64,000 nt of DNA from Eledone cirrhosa (taxonomy: Eukaryota): assembly GCA_964016885.1 (NCBI GenBank), contig OZ024743.1, positions 282,100,001 through 282,164,000 on the forward strand, written 5' to 3'. The position numbers were made by a program, and so were the translations under genes. Shown here piece after piece: positions 1 to 10,339 of the stretch. The notes under the pieces were generated by a model. That model worked only from the letters and a program-made list of their open reading frames with translations, made no database searches and was not told the origin of the DNA. The first letter of the stretch is position 1. Each line of letters begins with the position of its first letter.

Positions 1-965
1 AGAGAACTTTCAGACCGGGGCCTATGGACAACTTTCAGAAATCCCTGGCCTGGCTCTATAGGCACGGAGGTGCTGTCAGCCGAGCCTGTCCGAGATGTGC
101 GCAGGGCAACAAAACCATGCTGCACGCACTCGTTCAGTGCCCGAGGATTGCTGACTTGTAGAGCTATGTCGAACAGCTGCTGTCGCGTGTAGGACGGATC
201 CGGTTATCAACTGAGTCCATTGTGCAGAAAGCCCCGCCATCCTCCTTTAAAGAGGAGGAAGAGCAGGCAGTTTTCATCTGCCTGGTGACCATGGCGAAAG
301 AGATTGTATGGTAAACAAGGTTGAAAGGGTTGAAGACGGACACTTACCTCTTCAGCGAATCTCTGATTAACTTTTTCAAGTTTCACTTGAAGAGGAAAAT
401 CAGGGTGGAGAGGCAAGTGCTGTCTGCTAGCAAGTTTGTTGAAAGGTGGGTGAAAGTGGCGAGTCTGGTCCGAGTGAACGGGCCCGCTCTGAGTATGCGC
501 CTGTAGACTGAGGAGTGGGAAAACTGAGAGAGGGCGCTTGCCCTGGTGGTCAGGGTGGCCGTGGTCTTTTGTGTGGTTTTCGCCACGAGTAACCCTCGGA
601 GGTTTCCCCCCTATTGGGGAATTTTTCATTGTTTGAATTTTCATTTTTATTGTTTATATATATATATATATATATGTTTCTATGTCTTTTTTCTTTTTCT
701 TTTCTTATATAAATAATAATTTCTAGTTTTGGCACAAGGCCAGCGATTACCCCAGTGCACCACTGGTACTTTATTTTATCGACCTCGTAAGGATGAAAGG
801 CAAAGTTAACCTCGGCGGATTTGAACTCAGAACGCAAAGGGCCATAACTATTTGCGTTAAAATCTTTACACGCACAAAACCCACATCATACCGTCCTGTA
901 CCGTCCTGTGCCGTCTGCAATGTTTTTCTTGATGTCAGCCCTTGTGGCCAATAAAGAAATTATTA
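1..965 (+). mobile_element. 3' end of Tx1/L1-like LINE (decayed ORF2 C-terminus plus 3'UTR), interrupted by a SINE at ~714-862
   Basis: Frame 3 reads ...RACPRCAQGNKTMLHALVQCP (C-x2-C-x8-H-x4-C knuckle typical of L1/Tx1 ORF2) with in-frame stops. ORF end at 506. 3' end GCCCTTGTGGCCAATAAAGAAAT resembles the second copy at 62140-62165. Confidence 0.7.
714..862 (-). mobile_element. tRNA-derived SINE with Meta/MESC-like core (5'-truncated)
   Basis: Minus strand has B-box GAGTTCAAATCC followed by GCCTTTCATCCTTACGAGGTCGATAAAATAAAGTACCAG and an ATT tail. Same family at 20242, 22355, 53560 and 55915. Confidence 0.8.
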
Positions 966-1620
966 TTATTATTATTATTATTTCAACGCTTTTGTTCTGG
1001 CACTATACCAAAAGCGTGAGCCATAGTCAATGGCCTTTGAGTCATTCCTTCTCCGTCAACTTTCCAACACCCTTCTTAGAATTCTTGCTGTTCCCAGCAA
1101 GGCTGTTTTCTGCAACAATCCTGTCCTGATGGTAATTTTGAGCTTCTCAAGCCATGTATCCAACCTTCTACTCACTGCTCCCAGTGGGCCAACCCCAATC
1201 GGTACCACTTCTACATGTCTGATTCTCCACAGTTTCCTGATTTCTCTCTTCAGCTTCTAGTATTTCTCAACTTTCTCACTTTCCTTCTCATTCAACCTGT
1301 GGTCCCACGGTGAAGCAATAACCACAATATATGCCTTATTATTTTTCTTTTCTATGACAACAATGTCAGGTTTTCTAGCCATGACAGAATAGTCGCACTG
1401 GATGGTCATGTCTCACAAGATCTTATACTGTTCATTTTCAGCCACCCTTTCCGGTTGATGTTTATACCATTTCTCACTTCTGCTCATGTCATAATTATGT
1501 CAAACCTTCCAATCTAGATGTTGATGTGCCTTCTCTTGTACTCTTTCTGAACTAGCATCTTACATTCACTAATAATGTGGTTTATTGTCTCACCTTTCTC
1601 ACCACACAGCCTACAAAGTG
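961..1620 (-). mobile_element. R4/Dong-clade non-LTR retrotransposon 3' fragment (CCHC knuckle plus restriction-like endonuclease)
   Basis: Minus-strand translation CRLCGEKGETINHIISEC...WYKHQPE...RKPDIVVIEK...KY...LQKTALLGTARILRRVL with stops. Ends in a (TAA)n tail at 961-981. Confidence 0.8.
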
Positions 1621-2263
1621 GGGAATTGTTCACCCTATATTAATTTTTATTTGGAGTGTCTACTCTTCTAGATGGGATGCCTTCACTACAGTTTATGGAG
1701 TCCACGTCAGCACTATGAAGTCATTTTTAATCAGAGCCACTGTCATCCTTCACTGTGGCTTTTGGGGTCCTCGTCTGTCATGGTCAGTTGCTTTTTTTAA
1801 TCAGAGTCACTAGACAAGCTGCCTTCATTATGACTACAGGGTCCACATCTACCCTAGGGAGTCATTTATAATTGGAGTTTCTCCCATCCTAGATGATCTG
1901 CCTCAACATCTGCTCTCTGCAATCTTAATCTTACTATGCTTGGCGTGACTTCTCTCCTAGATACTTGTCTACACTGGGCAGCAACTGTCTGCAGAGGAGT
2001 GAATTGACATTGGTGATGTAAGACGGTAAGTATGAAAAGCAAAGGTGGTGGGAAAGGATGGGAAGGGGGGTACAAGGCAATGTCTGACAAACAAGTTGGT
2101 GGATAGGGGTTGGGTGGGAGGGGATGTGGAAACCTTAGTGCAAGAAGCTGCTAAAGTTAATGTCAGCAAAATGAAACATTAAAAAGTCAGAAGTTTATGA
2201 AATTGACTGAGAAATAAATAAATGAATAAATAAATATAATACATACAATACATATATAAATCC

Positions 2264-2560
2264 TCATCATCATCATTTAACATCCACTTTCCCTGCTAGC
2301 AAATGTTGGACGGGTTTACATAGACCAAGTCAGTACTGAAGTTGGACTTCTGACTTCCCAGACAGACCAAGGAGTTTGTATCCTGCTTAGGTACAGTCAT
2401 ATCAAGTGCAGAGGAGAAGTTATTTCTTTTGGCACAAACTGAAGTGTTCTAACCCCTTGTTTGGCAAGCTTTCTATGGCTTGATGCCCTTCCAACCACTT
2501 TACAGTGTGTAATGGGTGCTCTTATTGTGTAGATCACCAGCATTAGGAAGGCCATTATGT
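2264..2560 (-). mobile_element. Old RTE LINE 3' end remnant
   Basis: (CAT)n-TTAACATCCAC..TGCTAGC and GATGCCCTTCC..CACTTTACAGTGTG match the reverse complement of the RTE 3'UTR seen elsewhere in the window. Confidence 0.7.
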
Positions 2561-2575
2561 CCTTGACATAACTAA

Positions 2576-2705
<130 letters not shown>

Positions 2706-2756
2706 TTTATAAGAGTAAAGGAACAAGGATTCAGTGTTGCATCATGACATTTAATA

Positions 2757-2848
2757 ACATATTACATATGTTTCATTATCGATCAGCTCGAGGAAAGACC
2801 TATCATAGATCAAACCTGACTCTGTAATCGAAAGATCGTTAGATATGT
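2757..2848 (-). ncRNA. Degenerate type-I hammerhead ribozyme (G5A core mutation)
   Basis: Minus strand: ACATAT CTAACGA TCTTTCGATTA...TGATCGATAAT GAAA CATATG TA ATATGT. 6-bp stem I, palindromic stem III. Confidence 0.55.
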
Positions 2849-3095
2849 ATTTCCTATGTGATCTCATCTCCGATTCTATGCGTGAAAATCTTTGCTATTA
2901 GCTATCTATAGCACATTTTAACAGCGTGGTATTCTACGTCTACTCATTGGTTCATTATCTCATCATCATCATCAGTCTATCCTCGAGGTAATGTCTGTCT
3001 CACATCTGGTCAAGCTGTCGTGTGCGTTCATGCGTGGGAGGTCGTTGGCCTGCCTTTCACTGCTAGATTTAATACTCATATACCACCGATATCCC

Positions 3096-3166
<71 letters not shown>

Positions 3167-3197
3167 AGTGTAATTTTCTACACAAAACGAAGGTTAT

Positions 3198-3781
3198 AGA
3201 GAAAATTGAGGTTGGTAATGGCACATGGAATATATAAGAGACAGAATACTTTTTTGTGAAAAAACATACAATTTCATAAGGTAAGGAAATAATAAAGGGT
3301 ATAAAAAATGACCGGTTTCGATGGGTCTGCAAAAACCATCTTTTCAAATGTTGATTAATATTAAGAAAAATTAATAATACGAAGAGTTAAAATTTGAGAT
3401 TTGAAAATTCAAGTATAAAATTCATTGTGGGATTTCATAGTAGTTTTCATCTTGGTAGCAACAAGTTGACTGCTGTGTGCCTTTCTGGTAGTGAATGAGA
3501 AAGGCACACAGCAGTCAACTTGTTGCTACCAAGATGAAAACTACTATGAAATCCCACAATGAATTTTATACTTGAATTTTCAAATCTCAAATTTTAACTC
3601 TTCGTATTATTAATTTTTCTTAATATTAATCAACATTTGAAAAGATGGCTTTTGCAGACCCATCGAAACCGGTCATTTTTTATACCCTTTATTATTTCCT
3701 TACCTTATAAAATTATATGTTTTTTCACAAAAAAGTATTCTGTCTCTTATATATTCCATGTGCCATTACCAACCTCAATTT

Positions 3782-3786
<5 letters not shown>
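3198..3786. repeat. Near-perfect palindrome (289-bp arms, 11-nt spacer) between (TA)n arrays, each arm with a hammerhead
   Basis: 3198-3486 is the reverse complement of 3498-3786, with about 3 mismatches. Confidence 0.95.
3632..3679 (+). ncRNA. Minimal type-I hammerhead, U3-A8 core variant (inverted copy at 3305-3352, minus strand)
   Basis: AACAT TTGAAAA GATGG..CCATC GAAA CCGG TC ATTTT. Stem I has one mismatch. Confidence 0.6.
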
Positions 3787-3814
<28 letters not shown>

Positions 3815-3819
3815 TTAAT

Positions 3820-3903
<84 letters not shown>

Positions 3904-3995
3904 AGTTTACATATATATATACATATACATATACGCGTTTTGCAACGGGTCACTTTGTGGCTCAATGAAAATTTAATAAATTAAATAATCAGAGC

Positions 3996-4500
3996 TATAT
4001 ATCATAAAACATGTCTATAGAATCACAAGATAAAATATATACCATTTCCTCTCCCAATTAGCATAATTAACTATATAAAAAATCGAATAGATCAGGCTAT
4101 AAGAATGAGTCTTCTATGAAGAAATCTCCAACAAATTCTTGGCAAATCTCCTGATGAATCCGGTGCTCAAGTTATATAATTATTACATAATTATTGGAAA
4201 TCTCAAAATGCGGATGAAACCATGGTAGAGGTATTTAAATGTATTCTATTTTCTCCTAGTTTATTTTACACCTAATTCTGTTTAATTGACTGTATCTGGG
4301 CGATTACACTGTCGAAATATTCGATAAATATTCCGTTGCGGCCGACGCGAAGGGCTAGTTTCGGTTATTTGTTGGAGATTTCTTCATAGAAGCCTCATTC
4401 TTATAGCCTGGTCTATTCGATTTTTTATATAGTTAATTATGCTAATTGGGAGAGGAAATGGTATATATTTTATCTTGTGATTCTATAGACATGTTTTATG

Positions 4501-4507
<7 letters not shown>
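3996..4507. mobile_element. Fold-back element: ~141-bp inverted arms around a 230-bp hammerhead-containing spacer (probable PLE pseudo-LTR fragment)
   Basis: 3996-4136 is the reverse complement of 4367-4507 with 2 mismatches. Flanked by TA repeats. Confidence 0.8.
4144..4236 (+). ncRNA. Type-I hammerhead ribozyme
   Basis: ATCTC CTGATGA ATCCG[long loop]CGGAT GAAA CCATGG TA GAGGT. Intact core, palindromic stem III. Confidence 0.8.
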
Positions 4508-4531
<24 letters not shown>

Positions 4532-4720
4532 TTCATACATATAAACACACACACATATATGTGTAAATTGATACGGACAGATGTGTATACACGCATATAT
4601 GTGTACATCCACAAAAATACACCCATACATATACACCCATATGCGCGAACATCGAGTGCTCAACTGGCTTACCGCCTGCAGATGCAATTTTTCTTGCAAC
4701 CATACAACTACATATATATA

Positions 4721-4771
4721 TCATCATCATCATCATCATCGTTTAACGTCTATCTTCCACGCTAGCATGGT
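4721..4771 (-). mobile_element. RTE extreme 3' end only (about 50 bp)
   Basis: (CAT)n CGTTTAACGTC..TTCCACGCTAGCATGG, lying within TA repeats. Confidence 0.75.
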
Positions 4772-5117
4772 ATATATATATTTCTGAAAGTCTACATGGA
4801 TTCCTAAATACCTTCAGCACCCAGTTCATCCGTAAATATTATTCTCCTTTCTCGTAGATATCTGCCTTCCTTCTTTCTCAATTTCAAAATGCCCTGCTCA
4901 CACTGGTCATTTTTACTGTTATCAATTTTTCAAACTACACATTGGCTATTAGACCTCTCCCTTAACCCATCACATTTCGTTCTCTCTCTCATTCATTCAT
5001 TCCGGTTTATTTTATTGCTGTTTGTTCCTAAATCTCCTATGATGATATCCCTCGTTCTCTCTCTCTCATTCATTCACCCCAGTGCTACGAAGCCAGACAC
5101 AAATTTCTGATTTCTGA

Positions 5118-6327
5118 TTTCAAACATGGAAGCAGGTACTAGAAAGAAATGGTCTCAAAGTCAACCTGACAAAGACTAAGGTCCTCGTAAGTAGACGAGA
5201 AAACAGAACCCAGATCCCCTCAGTGAAATGGCCTTGCTCAGTATGTAGGAAAGGTGTAGGTAGGAACTCCATCCTCTGCCCCAAATGCAAACAATGGGTA
5301 CACAAGAGATGTAGTGGGATCACAGGAATCTTAACTAAGAATGTAGGCTTTACATGTAGCAGCTGTGCTGGGACAGCAAGCAGCAAACGACCACAGGAAA
5401 CAAGTACCACCAAACTCTGGGAGGGCTCTGTAGAAACAGTAGACAGTTTCTGCTACCTAGGTGACCAAATTAGCAGCGGAGGTGGGTGTTTGGAAAGTAC
5501 AATAACTAGGGTAAGAACGGGATGGGAGAAGTTCAGGGAGCTACTGCCACTGCTAGCTGCAAAAGGCTTTTCCCTCAAAATGAAAGGCAGACTGTATGAT
5601 GCGTGTATACGAACAGCAATGTTACATGGAAGTGAAACCTGGGCGCTGTCTGTAGAAGTCTTGCGCAGATTAGAAAGAAACGAAGCCTGCATGCTCCGAT
5701 GGATTTGTAATAGTAATATACACGAACGGCAAAGTATAAACCAATTGAGAGAGAGACTGAGCACCAGAGGAATCAAATGCTGTGTGCAGGAGAGGAGGTT
5801 ACGTTGGTATGGACATGTGATGCGTATGAAGGATGACAGCTGCATAAAAAGGTGCAGAGCACTAGAAGTCGATGGAAACCGCGGAGTGGGGAGACCCAAG
5901 AAGACCTGGGATGAGGTGATAAAGGCCGACCTTATGCAATTGTACCTCTCAAGAGCAATGACACACGACTGTGACCTCTGGCGTCACGCAGTGATACAGA
6001 AGACCCGAACCCCCACAGGAACAAGCTGAAGCATATAGACAATATGCCCCACACCTTCCAACTGCAAAGTGGTCGTGGAGGTGCCACAGTAAAAAAGCAC
6101 CCAGCCCACACTGTAAAGTGGACATGTAGGCGCCACAGAAAAAAGCACCCATCATTCACTGTAAATGAGGTTGGTGTTAGGAAGGGCATCCAGCTGTAGA
6201 AATCAAGCCAAAATCAGTTCCTGTATGAGCAAGACAAGGTCAGCCGACTGGACACTACTCACAACAGGACAACCCATCTAACCCATGCTAGCGTGGAAGA
6301 ACGGGCGTAAAACGATGATGAGGATGA

Positions 6328-6330
<3 letters not shown>
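5118..6330 (+). mobile_element. 5'-truncated RTE LINE (PHD-like finger, RT C-terminus, 3'UTR, GAT tail)
   Basis: ORF 5223-6029 (..[29 protein letters not shown]), followed by a 3'UTR ending in CCATGCTAGCGTGG..(GAT)n. Confidence 0.9.
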
Positions 6331-6366
<36 letters not shown>

Positions 6367-6425
6367 TATACCTATATAAACAGATATATATATACCTATA
6401 TATAATAATATATATACCTATATAT

Positions 6426-6905
6426 CAGTGGCGAAGGGTAACTTGGAAAGGAGGGCATGCAGTTCAATCGCCATGGCGGAAAGTGGGGCTGTACAGCCTT
6501 ACCCCCACCCCCATTCCCTCTAAATGACCCTCCCAGTCAAAGCCGCATGTAGTGTTATGTAGTGTGTGTTATCTTTTTATGTGTCTACGATTTAGTAAGC
6601 AGTCAAAATTCTGCTTGCCCCAAAGCTGTTGTGTGTTTGTGTGTATGAGTTTGTGTGTGTGTGTGTGTTATCTTTTTTTGTGTCTATACGATTTAGTAAG
6701 CAGTCAAAATCTGCTTGCCCCAAAGCTGTTGTGTGTTTGTGTGTATGTGTTTGTGTGTATGTGTGTGTGTGTGTTATCTTTTTTTGTGTCTATACGTTTT
6801 AGTAAGCAGCCAAAATTCTGCTTGCTTCAACCGACGCAATTGATCAACTCAAGATTCTATAACGCATGCACTGCATGCGTTGCATGCACGGACCCTTCGC
6901 TCCTG
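6426..6905. mobile_element. hAT-like MITE with internal ~107-bp tandem repeats
   Basis: TIRs CAGTGGCGAAGGGT / ACCCTTCGCTCCTG (12/14 match). 8-bp flanks CTATATAT / TTATATAT. About three internal units containing AAGCAG..CTGCTT. Confidence 0.65.
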
Positions 6906-6944
6906 TTATATATATATACATACATATATATATATATATACATA

Positions 6945-7043
6945 CCGAGGCGGGGTTGCCCAAGGATCACCTGGCAACGAACGTTCTGGAAGGACCTGAT
7001 GGCAGTCAACATCACCTGGCACGGTCTCGAAAAAGTTGCCATG
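6945..7043 (+). mobile_element. Short fragment of a different RTE family C-terminus
   Basis: Translates as PRRGCPRITWQRTFWKDLMAVNITWHGLEKVA (RRGRP..TW motif). Confidence 0.55.
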
Positions 7044-7204
7044 TATGTATGTATGTTTCGTCACTATTATAACTCCGGAACTTATATCTTCGTTGAGTGC
7101 TCCCTAGCCGCATACTGAAGTACTGGATTTTACCAACACTTTCTTGCTTACCTCATGCTCCACACCCTGTTGAGCGCTTCATACAGTAGCGGACCGCAGC
7201 CAAT

Positions 7205-9828
7205 ATGAATAAACTCACCACTCTGGCATCACTGAAGGACATCCCATTACCGGGTAAACGAGAATACACCAGGAATCTCACTAAGAGTTCTGACTCCCTA
7301 ATACGCAGGATGCGGTGGAAGGATTACCACTTTGATAGAGGAAATCCCAATACTAATAACAAAAAAACCACTGAGTGCCTCTTCAGAACAAGAAGGACAC
7401 CCCCTCCCACAACAAACTATTAGAGGAGTTTGAGAACGAAATGATTGGCATCATTTCCAACAACAAATTTTCCGACCAACCGTACCGGAGTCGAGAGTAC
7501 CTTAGACGACTGGAAAATAGAATTACCGAGCTTAAGGAATCTACAGGAATACTTGTCCATGCCGACAAAACCAACAACCTTTACAGCATGGACGTTCAAC
7601 TTTACCATGAGCTAATCCTCAGGGAATTGAGAAAAAGCTACAAAAAACGCCCGAGGCTACCCTGGAGGATATCAACATCAAGGCTTATAAGATCGTATCT
7701 GGACTTGGCATAGATGGTAGGACGGTCCCATACCAACCAAGGGAGCCTAGGATTACCATTAAGGACCACAAACCAAACTTTGAGTCTAACCTGCCGGTCA
7801 GACTGATAGTCCCCTCCCGGTCAGACATGGGGGTAATTAGCAAAAGCATTTTAGATAGAATCCTGCCCACACTTAGGAGTAAAATAAGGTTACAACTCTG
7901 GTCCTGCACCAGCCAGGTGATGGACTGGTTTACGTTTTTACCTGACAAACATAGGACTAGCTTCATACAACTAGACATCAACAATTACTACTTCTCTATC
8001 TCACCCATAGTCCTGAACAAGGCACTCATATTCGCGATGAATATGACCCTGATCCGATCCAGAAAGACCCTGATCCGATTCGGTGGGGACATATGGACCC
8101 AGAGTGACTGGCCAAATAATTTTGACATGACAATGGGCTCCAGTGACTCCGCCCAGCTAACGGACCTGGTTGGGATATACATACTCTACGAGATCAGGAG
8201 CGAAATACCCGACCTGGGTGGCGGACTGTACAGAAACGATGCACTCTTCACCGTCGTGGACCACAGCACCACAATGGTCGAAAATATGAAAAGGAGAATT
8301 AGACACTTTTTTTTAGCAAGGTAGGACTTAAAGTAGAGATGGAACCCAATAGAAAAGTAGTGAATTTCCTGGACACCACCCTCAACCTCAACACCAAGCT
8401 ACACCACCCATATCATAAACCCAATGAGAAGCTGGTGTATATCAACGCTGGGTCCAATCACCCTAGATCTATAGTTAAGGCCGTAGTTAAGAGTGTCTCT
8501 GACAGGATCTCTAACTTGTCGGCCAATAAAAAGATCTTCAATAGTAACGCTGATGACTATAACTCAGCGCTACCTAAGGCGTCCCACAGCCATAGGATCA
8601 GCTATAACCCTAAGGGACATGATCGAGATGACCCAAGGGTGCTCCGGGCCAAAACCCTCAGGAGCATGAGTCGCCCACCTAATACCATGGTGACCAGTAG
8701 TAACACTCCCAGACCCCTATCCGTCACCACCCCCGGCAGAAGGTCCCGCATACCCCACCAGTCAAATACCTACAACGCTGAAGACCATTGTAGTGCGGAG
8801 CATAGGCGCCCCTGCACCGGCCCCACCACCCGCCGAACCCTCATTGAGCAGGGAGGCCGCACCGCGCAGGTTTATAGCCCCACGGTGGGTCCATATGACC
8901 ATCATGATAGTGACCACCCTGCACACCTGAGTGACACCAACCGAGCTCGACCTGAGCTGTGCACAACCCCCGCGATGGACCACGGCGGACACCCAATAAC
9001 CCCGCAAGAATAGGGCCAGGAAGGTCACATGATATAATCCTCCATACTCGGTGGGTCTACGTACCAGCCTGGCTAGAACATTCTTTAGAGTACTGGATAA
9101 ATGTTTCCCTAGGGCCCACAGGTACCATAAAATATTCAACAGGCACTCGGTGAAACTTTCCTACTCAACCACACGCTCCGTAGCCCAACACATAGCTGGC
9201 ATAAATAGGAATAGGCTCACTGCCTCTAATACCACTGTAAACCCCGGAGCCACCCAACGGAACCAGCACGCGGGACGCACCAGGCCTCGGACAGGCCCAA
9301 CTAGCACAGCGGAACCCAACGACCCTGTGCTGAATGCGGTGGCGACCCAGCCAACCCCGCATGGTGGTAACCACACGGTACATGTGCAGGGGCTTAACAA
9401 ATTATGCAATTGCAGAGACCCATCACTATGCTCCCTTAGTAATGAATGCATGACGAAAAACTTGGTCTACAGGTGCAAGGTCACAACCCCTAACTCGGAG
9501 CACCACTACATAGGATCCACCGCGACGAGCTTCAAAGATAGGTGGTATAACCATCGCCATTCCTTTAACAGAATAGAGAAGAGGAAATCTACGGCCCTTT
9601 CTGAATCGATCTGGAAGCTCAAACTTGAAAAGACCCCCACACTCTTTGGTCTGGTCCGTGGTTAGAAAGGTTCCCCCGGACAGAGGTGAGTCTGGTATTT
9701 GCAACCTCTGTCTTAGTGAGACACTCGAGATACTTCATGGCAGAACCAAGCTATTAAACAGAAGGGCCGACTTATTCGGCGCCTGCAGACACCTAAGGAC
9801 GGGAACTTTCCTCAAGATATATGGATAA
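7205..9828 (+). pseudogene. PLE reverse transcriptase plus GIY-YIG endonuclease, frameshifted
   Basis: ORF pieces with [65 protein letters not shown] and CNLCLSE motifs. Confidence 0.9.
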
Positions 9829-10339
9829 ACCCCGGTTATGGCCTCCCACAACGCCCTCCCCCTCTGTAGGTCCCCTACACCCCGAACCAATGACCAATGG
9901 GCAACAACACCCACCCATAGTTTGTGGTCCCTAGAGTGGATTGTCCACCGGATCCTCTACTGGTTAGGAGTCATCTAAACCACGTTTTTTTTAATCTGAG
10001 TACCCCCCCCCTCCCCCGGGAGAACAATTATCCTAAGGAACTAACCCTATACGTATGAATGCGTGTGGTGCCCGCAACCGGATTACGTGAATGTACACAC
10101 TTATGTGAACGCAACGAAATACTAATACTCCAGGTTGCATTTGAAAAATGTTCGAGTGTATGCTTAAGAGTATATTTGTGTATGCTCTCTTGTATGAATG
10201 CACATGTGTATATAGACATACTCACGCATCCAGAGGTATACAAGTGTGGGTGAGTGCGTGTACCTGTATATGACTGTACTAAGGGATTCGCCTAAGCTCC
10301 AAAGCCCCCAAGCTATTGCTGTGAAGATATATATCACAC

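Noticed and set aside
1961-2025. Candidate host exon (CTCTCCTAG acceptor, CG/GTAAGT donor)
   Set aside because: Stops in all three frames and no partner exons. Could only be non-coding, and there is no support for that.
6570-6846. Regularly spaced repeats resembling a CRISPR array (also 61560-62470)
   Set aside because: The spacers are themselves repeated or microsatellite, the context is eukaryotic, and there are no cas genes. These are minisatellites inside transposons.
9029-9031. In-frame TGA in PLE-A as possible selenocysteine (some Naiad PLEs encode Sec)
   Set aside because: It aligns to Trp (TGG) of WYNPP in PLE-B and WFNPP in PLE-C. The copy has other frameshifts, the conserved Cys codons I read are TGY, and I recognised no SECIS.
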